Origin: Tubiluchus corallicola
Lineage: Eukaryota > Animalia > Priapulida
DNA: 64,000 bases
Assembly (NCBI GenBank): GCA_030141605.1
Contig: JAQGDQ010000003.1
Location: 682,001 to 746,000 of the forward strand
Direction of reading: 5' to 3'
A program made the position numbers and the translations under genes. Of this stretch, positions 1 through 12,400 are shown in pieces. The notes under the pieces are model-generated. The model was not told where the DNA came from. It ran no database searches and saw only the letters and a list, made by a program, of their open reading frames with translations. The first letter of the stretch is position 1. Each line of letters begins with the position of its first letter.

Positions 1-1347
1 CATAAAGCGCACTTTCAAGCACAGTGCTTTCAAAATCGTTGTACAGTAAAACGTCATATATACAGATGCACAATAGAAAGCGAAAGACAACTGCAACAAA
101 ACTATGTAGAGCAATTGATCTTTTTATACTGTAATTCTGCTTTAATATCTGTACAAATTACAACTCTAAAGTCCGTGTCACACAGAGCAGAACGTAAGGA
201 GCAAGCCATACAGTGTCTTCCACCTCACAAAAGGCATTTTACGTAATCCTGCATGCTCCTTACTCTAAATAGTAAGGCACTAGAGCAATACGCATATCGT
301 AATAAAAGATATCATGATGCACCATTACAGGCCTACAATAGTATTAAATGAAAACCAGACCCAATCGTAAACTGTAAGTCAAAACAATCTGCTCTTTAAA
401 ACATTGAAAGAATGACTTATGTGAAAGAATTAATACTACACAAAAGCAATTTTGTGTTCCTGTAACTAGTTTTTCGTTGTTACGTGCATTTCGCAATTCG
501 TTACATACATGGGCACTAGTGCCTGGATGTTCGAGAGCTCGTGCCGTGAGCACACCGGTATATTTAAAATTTAAATTTCTATCTTAAAATTTGGCAAGTT
601 TTTGTATATTACACTGAATGTTGTATAGCAGCACTGTACTTCAATTTCTGCATTTGCAAACACGTTCAACACGCTCACAGAATACTTGTACTGTGATGTC
701 TGTTTGTTTGTTCGTGATGTCATCAGTAGCTTCGAAAATTAATACCTTCGTTGGTCGATGGTACATTAAAAGTAGTGAAATATTTGCTAAACTAACTACA
801 ATTTATGTCTACTTTTTTATGTCTACTATGGCTATTTTCCACTTAACTTGAAATCCTGTAGCTGGGCTAACTCAATTATTTCTAGTAAACTTTTCAAAGT
901 GTCAATAAAATGCGCTAATAATATTTTAACTGATGACACCAAAGTTGATATTGCATTCACTCTTCTTTAAATATCAGGCAATTTAAATATTAAGGCTCAA
1001 CAATCAACATACTTTAACAGCCCTAATTATTATAATACAGATAATTTGTGTCACATTGTAGTGATCCTGTAGTACGCACTACAGCTCAAATTATGGAGGA
1101 AAGGTGCACCTTTTACATAAATTTGAATGTTTTTGTAATCATCACTTCCCATCATAATGTATTTAAAGGTAACTATATTTCATTTTTTCTTTCCCATGGT
1201 TTAACAACATACATGATTTACGCCAAATATCTACAAACCAAAATTACTTAGATCCCAATAAAAATAATTATCACAAATGCAAAAACTAAGCAAAGTTTAA
1301 CTTAATAGTCGCAATATGTCTCTTCTTCTCTTTCCCATGATTGAACA

Positions 1348-1520
1348 TTACTCTATACCTTTTTGTCCACTACAAGATGAAACTTTTATGTTACTCTATA
1401 CCTTTTTGTCCACTACAAGATGAAACTTTTATGTTACTCTATACCTTTTTGTTCACTAGAAGTTAAAACTCTTATGCGACTCTATCCTTTTCGTCCACTG
1501 GATGCTAAGTTTTTATGTTA
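1348..1520. repeat. 43-bp tandem repeat, ~4 copies
   Basis: ttactctatacctttttgtccactacaagatgaaacttttatg at 1348, 1391 and 1434, with a degenerate copy at ~1477. Confidence 0.9.
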
Positions 1521-2029
1521 TTATTTAAGCAACAATCGTCTTAAATGCACAACTGATAATGAGTAACATTTCTGGGAGGTGGCAGCTTACCTTGACAACT
1601 TATAGTTGTTTCTCCAACCTTCCTTTCAATATAACGACTTGTGACTTTTCTAGTGTCAATACATGTTGTATAAAATTACAATTTTTAGTTACTCATCTTG
1701 TTATTATAAATGGTGATAAATAAACCCCTCCATCACAATAAGACCCATTACTTAAGAAATTTGCTTAAGTAATGTAATATTCATTTGCTTATTAGAAATC
1801 CATGCTGTATAATGATAATGTACATATTTAGAATTTATATAAGTATCAGATATGGATGCAACGGATCCCCTTTTGCCATTGCCAGATCGGATACGGATCC
1901 GCATGTGCTGGATGCAGTTCCGGATCTACAAATGAATGCAAACAACATATCATTTGTTTAGCCTTTTGTTCATGTGGTTCATGCATAACCTGTCGATTTT
2001 CAGGAATGCTAAAACTGATCACTGAAAAA

Positions 2030-2320
2030 TGTGCCAAAATTAGCACTGCAACATTGTACCAGGAAACCAAAATTGAAGACAAGACTCACAGGAAGCACTA
2101 CTGAAATTGTGTAGTTTGCCAAAATTAAGCACTGCCAGAATTGCGCAGCTTGTCAAAATTGAGCACAGCCAGAATTGTGCAGTTTTCCAAAATTGAGCAC
2201 TGCCAGAATTGTGCAGTTTGCACTGCCTGAATTGCACAGTTTGCCAAAATAGTGCAGCTTGCCAAAAATTAAGCACTGCCAAAATTGCCCAGTTTGCTAA
2301 AATTGAGCACTGCTAAAAGT
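2030..2320. repeat. Minisatellite, ~34-bp unit made of two ~17-bp subunits
   Basis: Repeated ccaaaattgagcactgccagaattgtgcagtttg variants. Confidence 0.85.
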
Positions 2321-3254
2321 GAGCTTCATATTGAAAGAGTCAACCTCAGAGCCTGATTGTTGGACTCACACAATGCCAAAATTGCACATCTATTGCAAAA
2401 CACAGGCATTGTAATAACACAACTGGACAGTCAAATGAGAAGTAATTAAATTCACGTAGACACCTCACTGCTAAAAGTAAGCCTTATTTTAGATCTGCTA
2501 TTCTGGACTAGAACAAATGGAGATAAATGGAACATAGGGTACACCAAGGCTTAGGAAGACAGCACTCAGAGCAATAAGAGAAAGACAGCAATAGGAACAT
2601 TTGCACATTAATCATAGCTATCATTAATCTTGGGACTTGTATCAGAATTGGATAATTTTTACTAATATAAGCTGAAAACTTAATGCACTGGTTTCTGTTT
2701 TTGATACTTGTCTACATTTGGCTTGCTTAAGGGCTTAGTAACACTAATGATCCCAAATTAAGTTGCTCACTAATTTACTAGCAGAGAGCATAATAAAATA
2801 CAAGTGAACTACAACACAGCAACATACACATCTATAAACACGATGTGGTGTCACCAGTTGGCATATCATCATAGCATTATCATCATCATCATTTATCATC
2901 ATAACATTAAACTAAGCATCTAATGCTTTAAAAACAGAAACTATGTAGGGCACATAGCTCGCTAGCCCATTTTCTTAGTAGAAAATAATTATTTGTCCAA
3001 CAGGTAATGAAACGTATCACCTGTCTGTGAAGCGAGACAAAATAAAAAATGATATACCTTAAGCAAATGTTGGAATCGCCTAACAAGCGGGTTTATTTCA
3101 CTTGAAAAAGATTAATATCGAAGCAAAATTTAATATTGGCCAATCTACTAACTCAGAATAAGGTTCTTTCATTACATCAAATGTATAACAAATTATTCAG
3201 CGTGTATTGACGTTTTCAATTATTATTATTAAATAAACAAGGACAACGGACACT

Positions 3255-3313
3255 ACCATTACGGTTAACATCTCAATTTGTGACCATTACGGTTAACATC
3301 TCAATTTGTGACC
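3255..3313. repeat. 28-bp perfect tandem duplication
   Basis: accattacggttaacatctcaatttgtg x2. Confidence 0.85.
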
Positions 3314-3797
3314 TGTCTCTAGTGTCCTACTTGGGCAGCCCATGTACGATGCGTCCTACTTGGGCTAACCCAAGTACGCCAATTGTCCTACTTCGGCTAG
3401 TGTCCTACTCCGCTCCAATACATCTATTCAGCGGTTCACTGGCTCCACTTCACCTTTTCCAAGGTGAGCACAACCTATTGAGTGTGCAAGAGCAGATTAT
3501 TTTCTTTTGACGTCATTATGGTCATTACTGGTTTTGCATACGAGTGTCATCCTGCCCCTTCATTACATTTCATTATAACAGCTCCATGTTTTCTCTTGAT
3601 TCCATAATTTCTCTTAATGCCCTTGCATTCAAGGGTTTCTATTTTTGTTGTTTTTATAGTCTTTTTCCTTACATTATACTTATTTATTATTCTTTCCGAC
3701 TTCTCACAACTTAATGCATGTTCTGTTGTATCTTACTGAATCCTGCACTTAGGATTTCCTTTGTAGTTGCATTTCAATTCTTTCATATTTAATTTAA

Positions 3798-5260
3798 GGC
3801 AGTGACTAAAGGTACGGATCCGCACTCGTCTTTTCTACGATACCGAATACGGATCCGTATTCGTAGCTATTTTTGCAACAAATACACATCCGTGCTTTTT
3901 GTGACATTTACAAAACATACAGATTTTGACCATTTTTACGACATACGGCATTTGACCATGTGCCCTGTACATCATTGAAAATGGTGATATGCCATTATAC
4001 AGCCTGTAGCGGTACCGTTTTTCTTCGTGATATAATAGTTACACTGTAAATATTAATTAGTCTCCTTTTATTGTCTTGCAAATTGTTAGCTTTTATAGAG
4101 TACTGTGTGTTGCATAAGCTACCAATTAATAGTTTGTTTAATTTATTTTGTTTATTGTTACAAAAAACTTCAATATTTTGATGTGTAGTAGGCCAATTAG
4201 CAAGAGTTTAAATCTTGAACCGTTATGAATTTCTTAATGTTGTAATATGACCTACTAGCCCGTATTTTTTCTATAGAGTGTTGTGAACGTCATAACCTGC
4301 TAAACTGTATTTTTCCTTAGTTTGGGATGTGATTCATTGACTTGTCGAACATAGCAAAAATTTTTAGTCTTTATTTGATATACATTAAGTGCAATTTATA
4401 AGAGCTGCTAAATTGTTACATGCACCTGTTGCCAAAATTTATGCTGTGAATCTCATGCGTGTGCAGTGGAATGGCAGCGGATTTTTTAAACTGCCAAAAA
4501 TCTAGTTAAAATATTGGAAACACTGTTTGATTAAGTGTTGAATAAGACGTTAAAGTTAATGAAAGAAGAAATTTTAGTCATAAATCACACGGACTATTTC
4601 GGTGAGATTGCTCAAATTTTATGCCGAGGCTTATTCAATTTTATTATAATGAGTGAACATTTTCATGACAAATAAAGAATTAATATATATATTAAGGTTT
4701 GAAGTGTGAAGGGCATGATATAGTTGAATGAAGTACTATGTACATCATGCTGAGTGAGTTGTCGCTGAAGGTTCACAAGCAAAATCGGGCTCTGGCTAGC
4801 AATTTATTATTGATTCGCAATTATATCTCTTAGATTCACATTAAGAAGCGGTTTTCAACAATAAAGCCAGAGACACATACCAAGCCTAGTTAACTTGTTG
4901 CCCACATTTTGCGGCTATTGCGGATACGACGATATTCAATTTCAATCAATCCGCGGATTTTGGTGAATGGGAATATTTACAGCTACGGATATTCCGGATA
5001 AACAAGAAAGTGATATCCGCCGTCTATGACGGCGATCCGTAAGAAAATGATATCCGCCTATCTCTGATAGCGATCCGTAGTACTAGTACTTAGTAGTAGT
5101 TTCTCGTCAATATCTTTCGCAGTACGGCGATCCGTATTTTCTCGTTTTTATCTTTCGGGGTACGGGTCGATCCGTATTTTCTAGTGAATGCTTTCGAGAC
5201 ACGGATCCGTATTTTTAGTTACTGCAGTCCGGATCCGGATCCATACCTTTAGTCACTGCC
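3798..5260. mobile_element. Non-autonomous DNA transposon (MITE-like), 8-bp TSD
   Basis: TIR ggcagtgactaaaggta(c/t)ggatccg at both ends, TSD TAATTTAA (3790-3797 and 5261-5268), subterminal GATCCGTA repeats, no long ORF. Confidence 0.9.
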
Positions 5261-5639
5261 TAATTTAATTTCCATGTCCTATTGCCAACACTGGACAGGC
5301 AGAATTCTAAAATAAAGAAACCTGTCCTCAAGACAGGTAAACTTAGCAGCTAATCCAGCAAAAAATTACTATATCAGTGACTTGTTTATTACTACTAGTA
5401 ATGCCAGTGACTTGTCAGCATGACTTCTAACAAAAGTTATGATAAGTACAAACCAAATTTTTTAAACTCGTGTGTTCAGCCATATCAGACACGTGACTAA
5501 AATCTCCAATCACAACAGCTGTTACATGATACTTCTTTATTAAAGTAAAAACTCGGCTTTAAATTTAGGACAAATTCTGATCAATTTTAGGAATAAGTCA
5601 CAGTGGTAAAATTTTAACTATTTCTATTATTCCTCGTTT

Positions 5640-6440
5640 CTATAGAAAGAGTTCAATCTACCAAATTTCTCGGTGTAATCCTTCATGAATATCTTGACAG
5701 GGATCTTCATATTAAAAAGGTTAGTCTAAAAATTGCTAGAAATATTTGAATAATTTCTCATTATAAGGCATAGCTTATGTATTGATAATAACATGAATAT
5801 TATACTAGAACATAGCACTCTTTCAATATAGAACTAATTATAAATTGCTTCCGGATTTTTTAATAACCCTATAAGATTGAATATGAAACATAATAATACA
5901 TGTAACACAAATTGTTTTAGATTATGTTCGCCCTTAATTTGGAATCATCTACCTAGCAACATTAAAAATGAATGTACTGTTTTCAAGTTTAAAAAAGGTT
6001 AGAATATAACTCAAATAAAAAATATACCGCTTGTAATTGTTTTTACAAATTTATCATTCAAAGCAATGTGAAGTGAAAACGTCGAAGGAAATGAAGGAAA
6101 AGAAGAAGTTGCAGAAGTAAGAAGAAGTAAGTTCATTTTGGCCCTTCTGAATGTGCCTGTTTCCCACCTCTTTTGCACAGTGCCCTGTTGGTTGCTATAG
6201 CTTATTAATATTACTAAAATGTTGTAGTGATTCTAATCCTTACATCTTGTCATTCTCCATTATTTCATCATCTTTCTCACAGCATCTTTACACTCATTAC
6301 CATTCAGGCTTTAATTCCTTCTCTTTATATGCAACTTCTGCACCCATTATTCCATATACCACCATAAGCTAAAGATGTAATATTGTATAAGATATACCAC
6401 ATCTGTATCAATGGCTCTTGGAATAAATAAACAATAAACA
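5640..6440 (+). mobile_element. Decayed 5'-truncated CR1/L2-type LINE
   Basis: Fragments IERVQSTKFLGVILHEYLDRDLHIKKVSLKIARNI* (from 5642) and IWNHLPSNIKNECTVFKFKK (~5937), ending in an aataaataaa tail. Confidence 0.7.
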
Positions 6441-7599
6441 AATACACGAACAAAAAGTTTTAATGCACTTTCAATATTTAACATACCTCTCACTCCCAAA
6501 GCAAGTTAAGTGTTTTTAAAAAACAGTCAAAATCCAGTATGTAAAAAGACGAATCAATAAGAAAATCGGTCATTCATTAGCTACATAAATATAATTTAAC
6601 CACATTCAAACCTCAGCGACCACCTTAAATACCCTGGAAAGAAATTCGCTTATGTGTAGATAATAATCTGGCTAAATGGAGATACCAACAATTTAACAGC
6701 AGTTTCTGCAAAAACGCCTTTCGATTAATTTATTTGAGAAATAAAAAACAAACAGGTGGATATCAGTGCTATACATCTTTAATGTAATATTATGACTTCT
6801 AAATGGTAAATTAAAAAATAGAAAAGTAGAAGAATAAATGTAGTGAATCTTGAAACTTTAAAATAAATGATCATGTTTGCTTCTATCCAAATTGAGAGTT
6901 TCTAATTTTCCTGAGTAAGATAAACCATGAAGACATTCAACGTCATCGGTATTATCAAAACTTTTTTGAATTCGTTCAAAGCAAGTTATGTGTTTTAAAG
7001 AAGTGCAAACTCCAAGCCTGGTTGACAAAGTTAATGTGAGAATATATCAAAAAAGGGCTATGGTAAAATTGGTTAAGTGGTAAAATTGTGGTATGTAGGC
7101 GGCAGCACGAGTTTTCATTCCTGAAATGTATGTACATTCTTAAAATACATCCCTATTTAATTATCTATTGTAGTAACACATTATGCCATAAGGGCAGTTA
7201 AAGGTATTAAGTGAGACATTTACACATAATAAATACGAACTAGGGCATTCAGTTTGATCGTCAAAAAGAAAAGGAATTGATGAAATACATGTACATATAT
7301 ATGCAATTCATTTTCCATTTTTAAATGGTAAATATCAACAACATAGCTAAAATTATGTGCGTAGCAAAATGAGTCATTAGCATCAGTGGCAGTTCTGATT
7401 TTTATCTCAATGTAATCATGATAAAAATACTCGTGTGATAGTCACTAAACAGTACAAATTTTAACTAATTTTTGAAAATAACTTTCAAATTACTTTTTTG
7501 TCATCAAAAAAAATTATTCTATCTTAAGATACATAAGCACTGCAAGTTTTAACTCATGTCACCCATCAGCTGTTTACTACACTTTTTCCATAATATTTC

Positions 7600-7889
7600 A
7601 TTGTAAATTTGAAGCGGTTATATCATTATTGTCCAGTTTGTCCTAGAGAGGAATAAACGATCTATGGTCAGATTATCATTGATAGTCAAAATAAATGAAC
7701 GGCTGCTTTTATTGGTGCAATCTAAACGTTATCCGTCATTGGCTGCTTTAAAACCGCTAATTTTTGTTTTGAGGTTGTCAAAATCGTTCTCAAATTAAAA
7801 TTTGTTGTTTGTTTGTTATTTTGCGGAGACACTGGAGCCAGCTAAACCAAGACTGTTTCAAAGTAATGAACGGAGAGAGAAAAGTGTAG
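7600..7889 (+). promoter_or_regulatory. Putative kinesin promoter and non-coding first exon (G2/M-type elements)
   Basis: Inverted CCAAT boxes (ATTGG at 7711 and 7738), CHR-like TTTGAA at 7608 and TTTAAA at 7747, MYB-like AACGG/CGGTTA motifs, donor-like AG|GTATAA at 7890. Motif matches only. Confidence 0.45.
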
Positions 7890-9165
7890 GTATAAACACA
7901 AATTTATTACTTGTTTGTAATCTTACGTGTTCTATTTAAAAAAAGTCCCATGTTTATTGCACGTAGACCGTGACTAACATGCAGTGTTGCACACACAATT
8001 TTGTGGCCTCTTGTAATGTCTGTATTGTGAATTTGTTGTCTTTATGTAAAATTTCATGAAATTAACTTAATTTAAGTAGGAGTGGTGTGCAAATTTACCC
8101 GAGTGTGCAAGAAAATTCTTAAAGCACAGAAAAACCCTCCACTTGCATAAAGCTTAAAAAATCCGTCTTGAAATTTTATACTATAGTTATACCACTTGCA
8201 TACTCCCTTTTTGAATGCAGGCCTTGCGTCGGCAGTAGCGCTATATTAAACTTGTAAAATTTAAACTGACCGTGATAACCGTTAGTCGCAGCCATTTTAT
8301 TTTAATGGTAGGTCTTTTGAAACATTTTAGATAACATTGTGTGAAGTTAGAAAAAAATAATTAGAGCATTTGTAGCACACATGTTGCTAACTAAGTAAAA
8401 TTTTAAATTGCTCAATCTTGTCAATAAAATTAAAAATATGTAAAATATGTTTTTTGATTAGTGAGTGGTGTACGCTGGAGTGTAAGACAGCGACATTTTA
8501 CCTATTGGCACGAACATTTTAAATTATTATTTCTAGTTACATAAGTCTTGCTAGCAAGTATGTGAAATGCTAAGTAATATAGATCTGCATGGAAAGTTTT
8601 TTGAGGCGTAATTTAACATTGCTTTTTTTCCGTACTTTATGTTGTGCATATATGAAGTCATGTAATGACGTCGGAACAGTATCGCAGGAGATTTAAAACG
8701 AAAGCAAACAAAAATTCCTTTTAACACGAGTGTGATATTTGCATGAAATTACTGTAAAGGAATATAACTTTTTAAGGCGATTTTTCCAAAAACCTATCAG
8801 GTACCCCTTGCCTTGTCCTTTGAGAGTTGTCTTCACAGTGGAGTTATCGGGCTTTCCTTTGAAAAAGAAAAAGTAGACCAATAAATAATAATAATACTGC
8901 AACCATGCATATTTTATTTCATGAAAAACAACGTGGCATAAAATATAAATTTTCTATAGTGCTGGGTGGATGCTTATGTGACCTCTTATCTTTTGCCACC
9001 CTGTCTCTATTTTCATTTGTTAATCAATGATTATATAATGTACCAGTACCTTATTATGTAAGAAACAAGGGACTAATAAATAAAAAAACTACGGTTAACC
9101 AATTTACTGAAATGTCATGGAATTTCAAAACAAACACTGATCATATATGTTTTTTTCCAGTAATT

Positions 9166-9429
9166 ATGTCTAGTACACAGTCGACAAAATTTTCCCATTC
9201 TGATGAGGAAGGAGAAGCAGTTCCTGATGATGAAGTGACCTTTGCAGACATTCCTGTTGAACGTACCTTGGCTGATGAGTTTTCGGGCTTTCCTTTGAAA
9301 ACTTCCTTGTCTCAGGAGAGCCTTTCTGATGGCTGTGACACAAACACTGATCCGGAAGAGGAACGTATGAAGGTCTATCTAAGAGTTCGCCCATTTACAC
9401 AGTATGAACAGAGGAAATCTTTATCACAG
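9166..9429 (+). CDS. Kinesin-6 coding exon 1 (acidic N-terminal extension and start of motor)
   Basis: Acceptor ttttccag at 9160, ATG 9166, MSSTQ...MKVYLRVRPF...LSQ, donor CAG|GTAGAG. Confidence 0.85.
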
Positions 9430-12400
9430 GTAGAGAGTTTGTTTATTAATGGCTCCAGATTTTTCCTGTAAAACAATGTAAACTAAATAACATTTACTTG
9501 CTTCTGGTTCTTCTTTGTAAAGGTGTGACAACATTAAGAATTAAGTGCTTCATATATTGTGTGTGCTATGACAAAGCAATTGGCAGAAGAGATTTGTCTG
9601 CCAAATTTCGATGTCTTTTAGCTCGTTATTTAGCATAAGTAACAATGTGATAAATCTTTTTTAAAGATACATTTGTTGGGTTAAAGTGTAAAGTTGAGAA
9701 CAGTGCTGTGGAGTTGGTATATTGAATTCCCGACTGAGACTGTTAGAATTTTAGAAGATCTAATTCCTAAAATTTTAGACACCCCAACTCCAACTGCGAC
9801 TCCTGCCATTAAATAATAGTTTGTAGTTCTCTCAATATTTAGCTATAGTGACATTTCATCACTACCAAACAAAATCATGGTACTTCTCTGAATTTGAGTC
9901 TTAATAGTTATAGCTATGCCACTCTGTGGCATTTTATTAGGTATAAGTATAGTGTTGGGTACAATTGTTTTAAAAGTAACTGGAATCGGAGTTTGTTTAT
10001 CTGACAGTAGGGTAACTCCAGACTCCGACTCCAAAGCGCTAATTTTTAACGACTCTGACTCCTTTAGCAATAAATTTACAATAGAAATATATTGTAGAAT
10101 ATATTCTACAATATAGAAATTTTAATTAGATCTGCTAAATAATGACATTGCAGAGAAATTAGAACTGAAATTAATGGAAATTAATGAGTTAGATAAATTT
10201 GTATATTTATGTAAAGGGACAGAATGGTTGAAAAACATAGAACAAAGTTTTATCAGCTATTAGTACTCGTTCATATTTAAAAAGTTTAAGTTAGAGAAAG
10301 CGATAATTAAGATAAGTAACTCTAATAGTTCGAACCAGTTTACAAAATGCTGTAATGTAATTGTCAGTGACGCAGTCCCTGCCTTTTACAAATATGTGAA
10401 CAGAATTCTAAAATTTCTTGAAAGTGATTCAACCATTAATGTGAGCTGTGGAATTTTGGCTTTTAAATATTACACTGGTGTAGCTGGTGCTAGTCGTGAA
10501 CTCTGAATTGCAGTGCTTAAGAGTGTAGGTGATAAAAGAGTTTTAAACTATATATGAAAATTCACTCATCTGGCTAAGCTGAATCAAATTTACATGCTGG
10601 TGTTTTATAAGCTATTAAGTTTATTGTTAAATTCCTGAAGACAGACAAGGTTGGCTAATATGAGTGTACTATATGTCTATGTCTATGTACATATGTTTCT
10701 GGAATCGCATAAAAATAAGCGAACGGCTAATGTACATTTTTGGTATCAGTCCAGTAGACCTGTGTTAATTAAAGCATTTGAAAGAATTCATTAATATTTA
10801 GATTGCATTTGAAATTAATTCATAAATATTAAGACATACGAAAATAAATCAAACACAGCAGAGTTTGATTTTTGTGTTGTTGTCGATGTTAGGTATAAAA
10901 AACCAGGCGATAAAATATCCTGTTCTTCTTCCTTTTTCTAAATCGATATTTTATCCAAAGCATTTTGCTACATTACTCATTTTCATTGCAGTCAGTAATT
11001 GAAATAATGAATGAAAATGTGCTTCAAGTGCAAGCTCCGAAAGACTCGGTCACTTACAAAAACAACCAGTCAACAACGGGAAGAACCCAGTACAAATTCA
11101 GCTTTTCCAGAATTTTTGGTCCTACGTGTTCGCAAAAAGAATTTTTTGATGAAACAATGCTGGGAGTTGTTGGCGCGGCCGTGCAAGGATCAAACCACCT
11201 TGTTTTTACATATGGCGTGACAAATGCTGGCAAAACATACACCATTCAAGGTAAGTGACAAATGCTGGGAAAACGTATACCATGCAAGTTAGGTATATTT
11301 GAGCAGAGTTGTAAAATGTTCCTGTGGCTCGATGGACGTTTGCCTTTGTGAAAAGTAATGTGTTTTTACTGACGTGCACCATGACCTGAGTTACTGATAC
11401 AGAGACATGATTTCGCAGCTGACCAGACATTTACTATTCTAAAGTCACACTAATTTGACTTCTTTTCCCTGTTATTACTAAGTATTGCCAATGTTTTCAC
11501 TGACTCTTCAAGGAGTACTTATTTTGCCGCCATTCCACACCAATTAAATTCTTTTATTTTTGCCAATGATAGGTAGATACTTTTCTTTCTGATAGTACAC
11601 CACAAGTAGTTGATTTGACTAAACGTTTATAAAATCAATATACAGTTTTGGTTACCTTTCAAAATATAGGCTAGATCAAGTTGATTTCAGGTAAGTTTGT
11701 TAGTTCATTTTCTTGTCTTAATTAGTCATTGTAATGTTCTTCTAGTTCAGGTTTTTGTACAGCTTCTTTATGCATGTTGTGTCTTGTATTTTAAGCACAC
11801 TGTATATCTTTATTTCATATATAGTTTTACCTGCAAGTTTTATTATTGTACCTCACTGTTCAGCTGATGAAGTCCACGAGGAACAAAAGCTTCTGAATGA
11901 AAAAATAAAGAATTTTGAAGATATTAAGGGATATTGTAACTTCGTTTTCTCGCTAATCTCAGACGTTTACTGTTGTGAACCTCAGAAGAGCTCTATCTTA
12001 TTTGGGCTTTTAATAATGCTCATCGATTATTTGTTTAAATATTTGCAGGAAATGCCAAAGAAGCGGGTATATTACCTCGCTCTTTGGAGGTTATCTTCAA
12101 TAGTACCCGTGAAAGGCTGTACGATGGCTTAGATTTGAAACCAAAGTATTACAAGAATGTTGTGAGATTAGATAGCATCGACGAGGAACAAGAAAGATTG
12201 TTCAAGGAAAACGTCATGAAATTAGCAAGTGAAGAGGTAGATTGTTTTTGAAGTGTGAAATTATTAATTGTTATTTTTTAAAAAATGCAAGATACTGAAA
12301 AGCATGAGCAGAACTCTGCAAAAGTGCTTCAATAGTCAGTACTGTCCATGGACTCCATGTGTGTGTTAACATAAAAGTAGTTAAGACCTAACCTTTTGCT

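Noticed and set aside
2030-2320. Regular short repeats resembling a CRISPR array
   Set aside because: Eukaryotic context and head-to-tail degenerate units without unique spacers; a minisatellite
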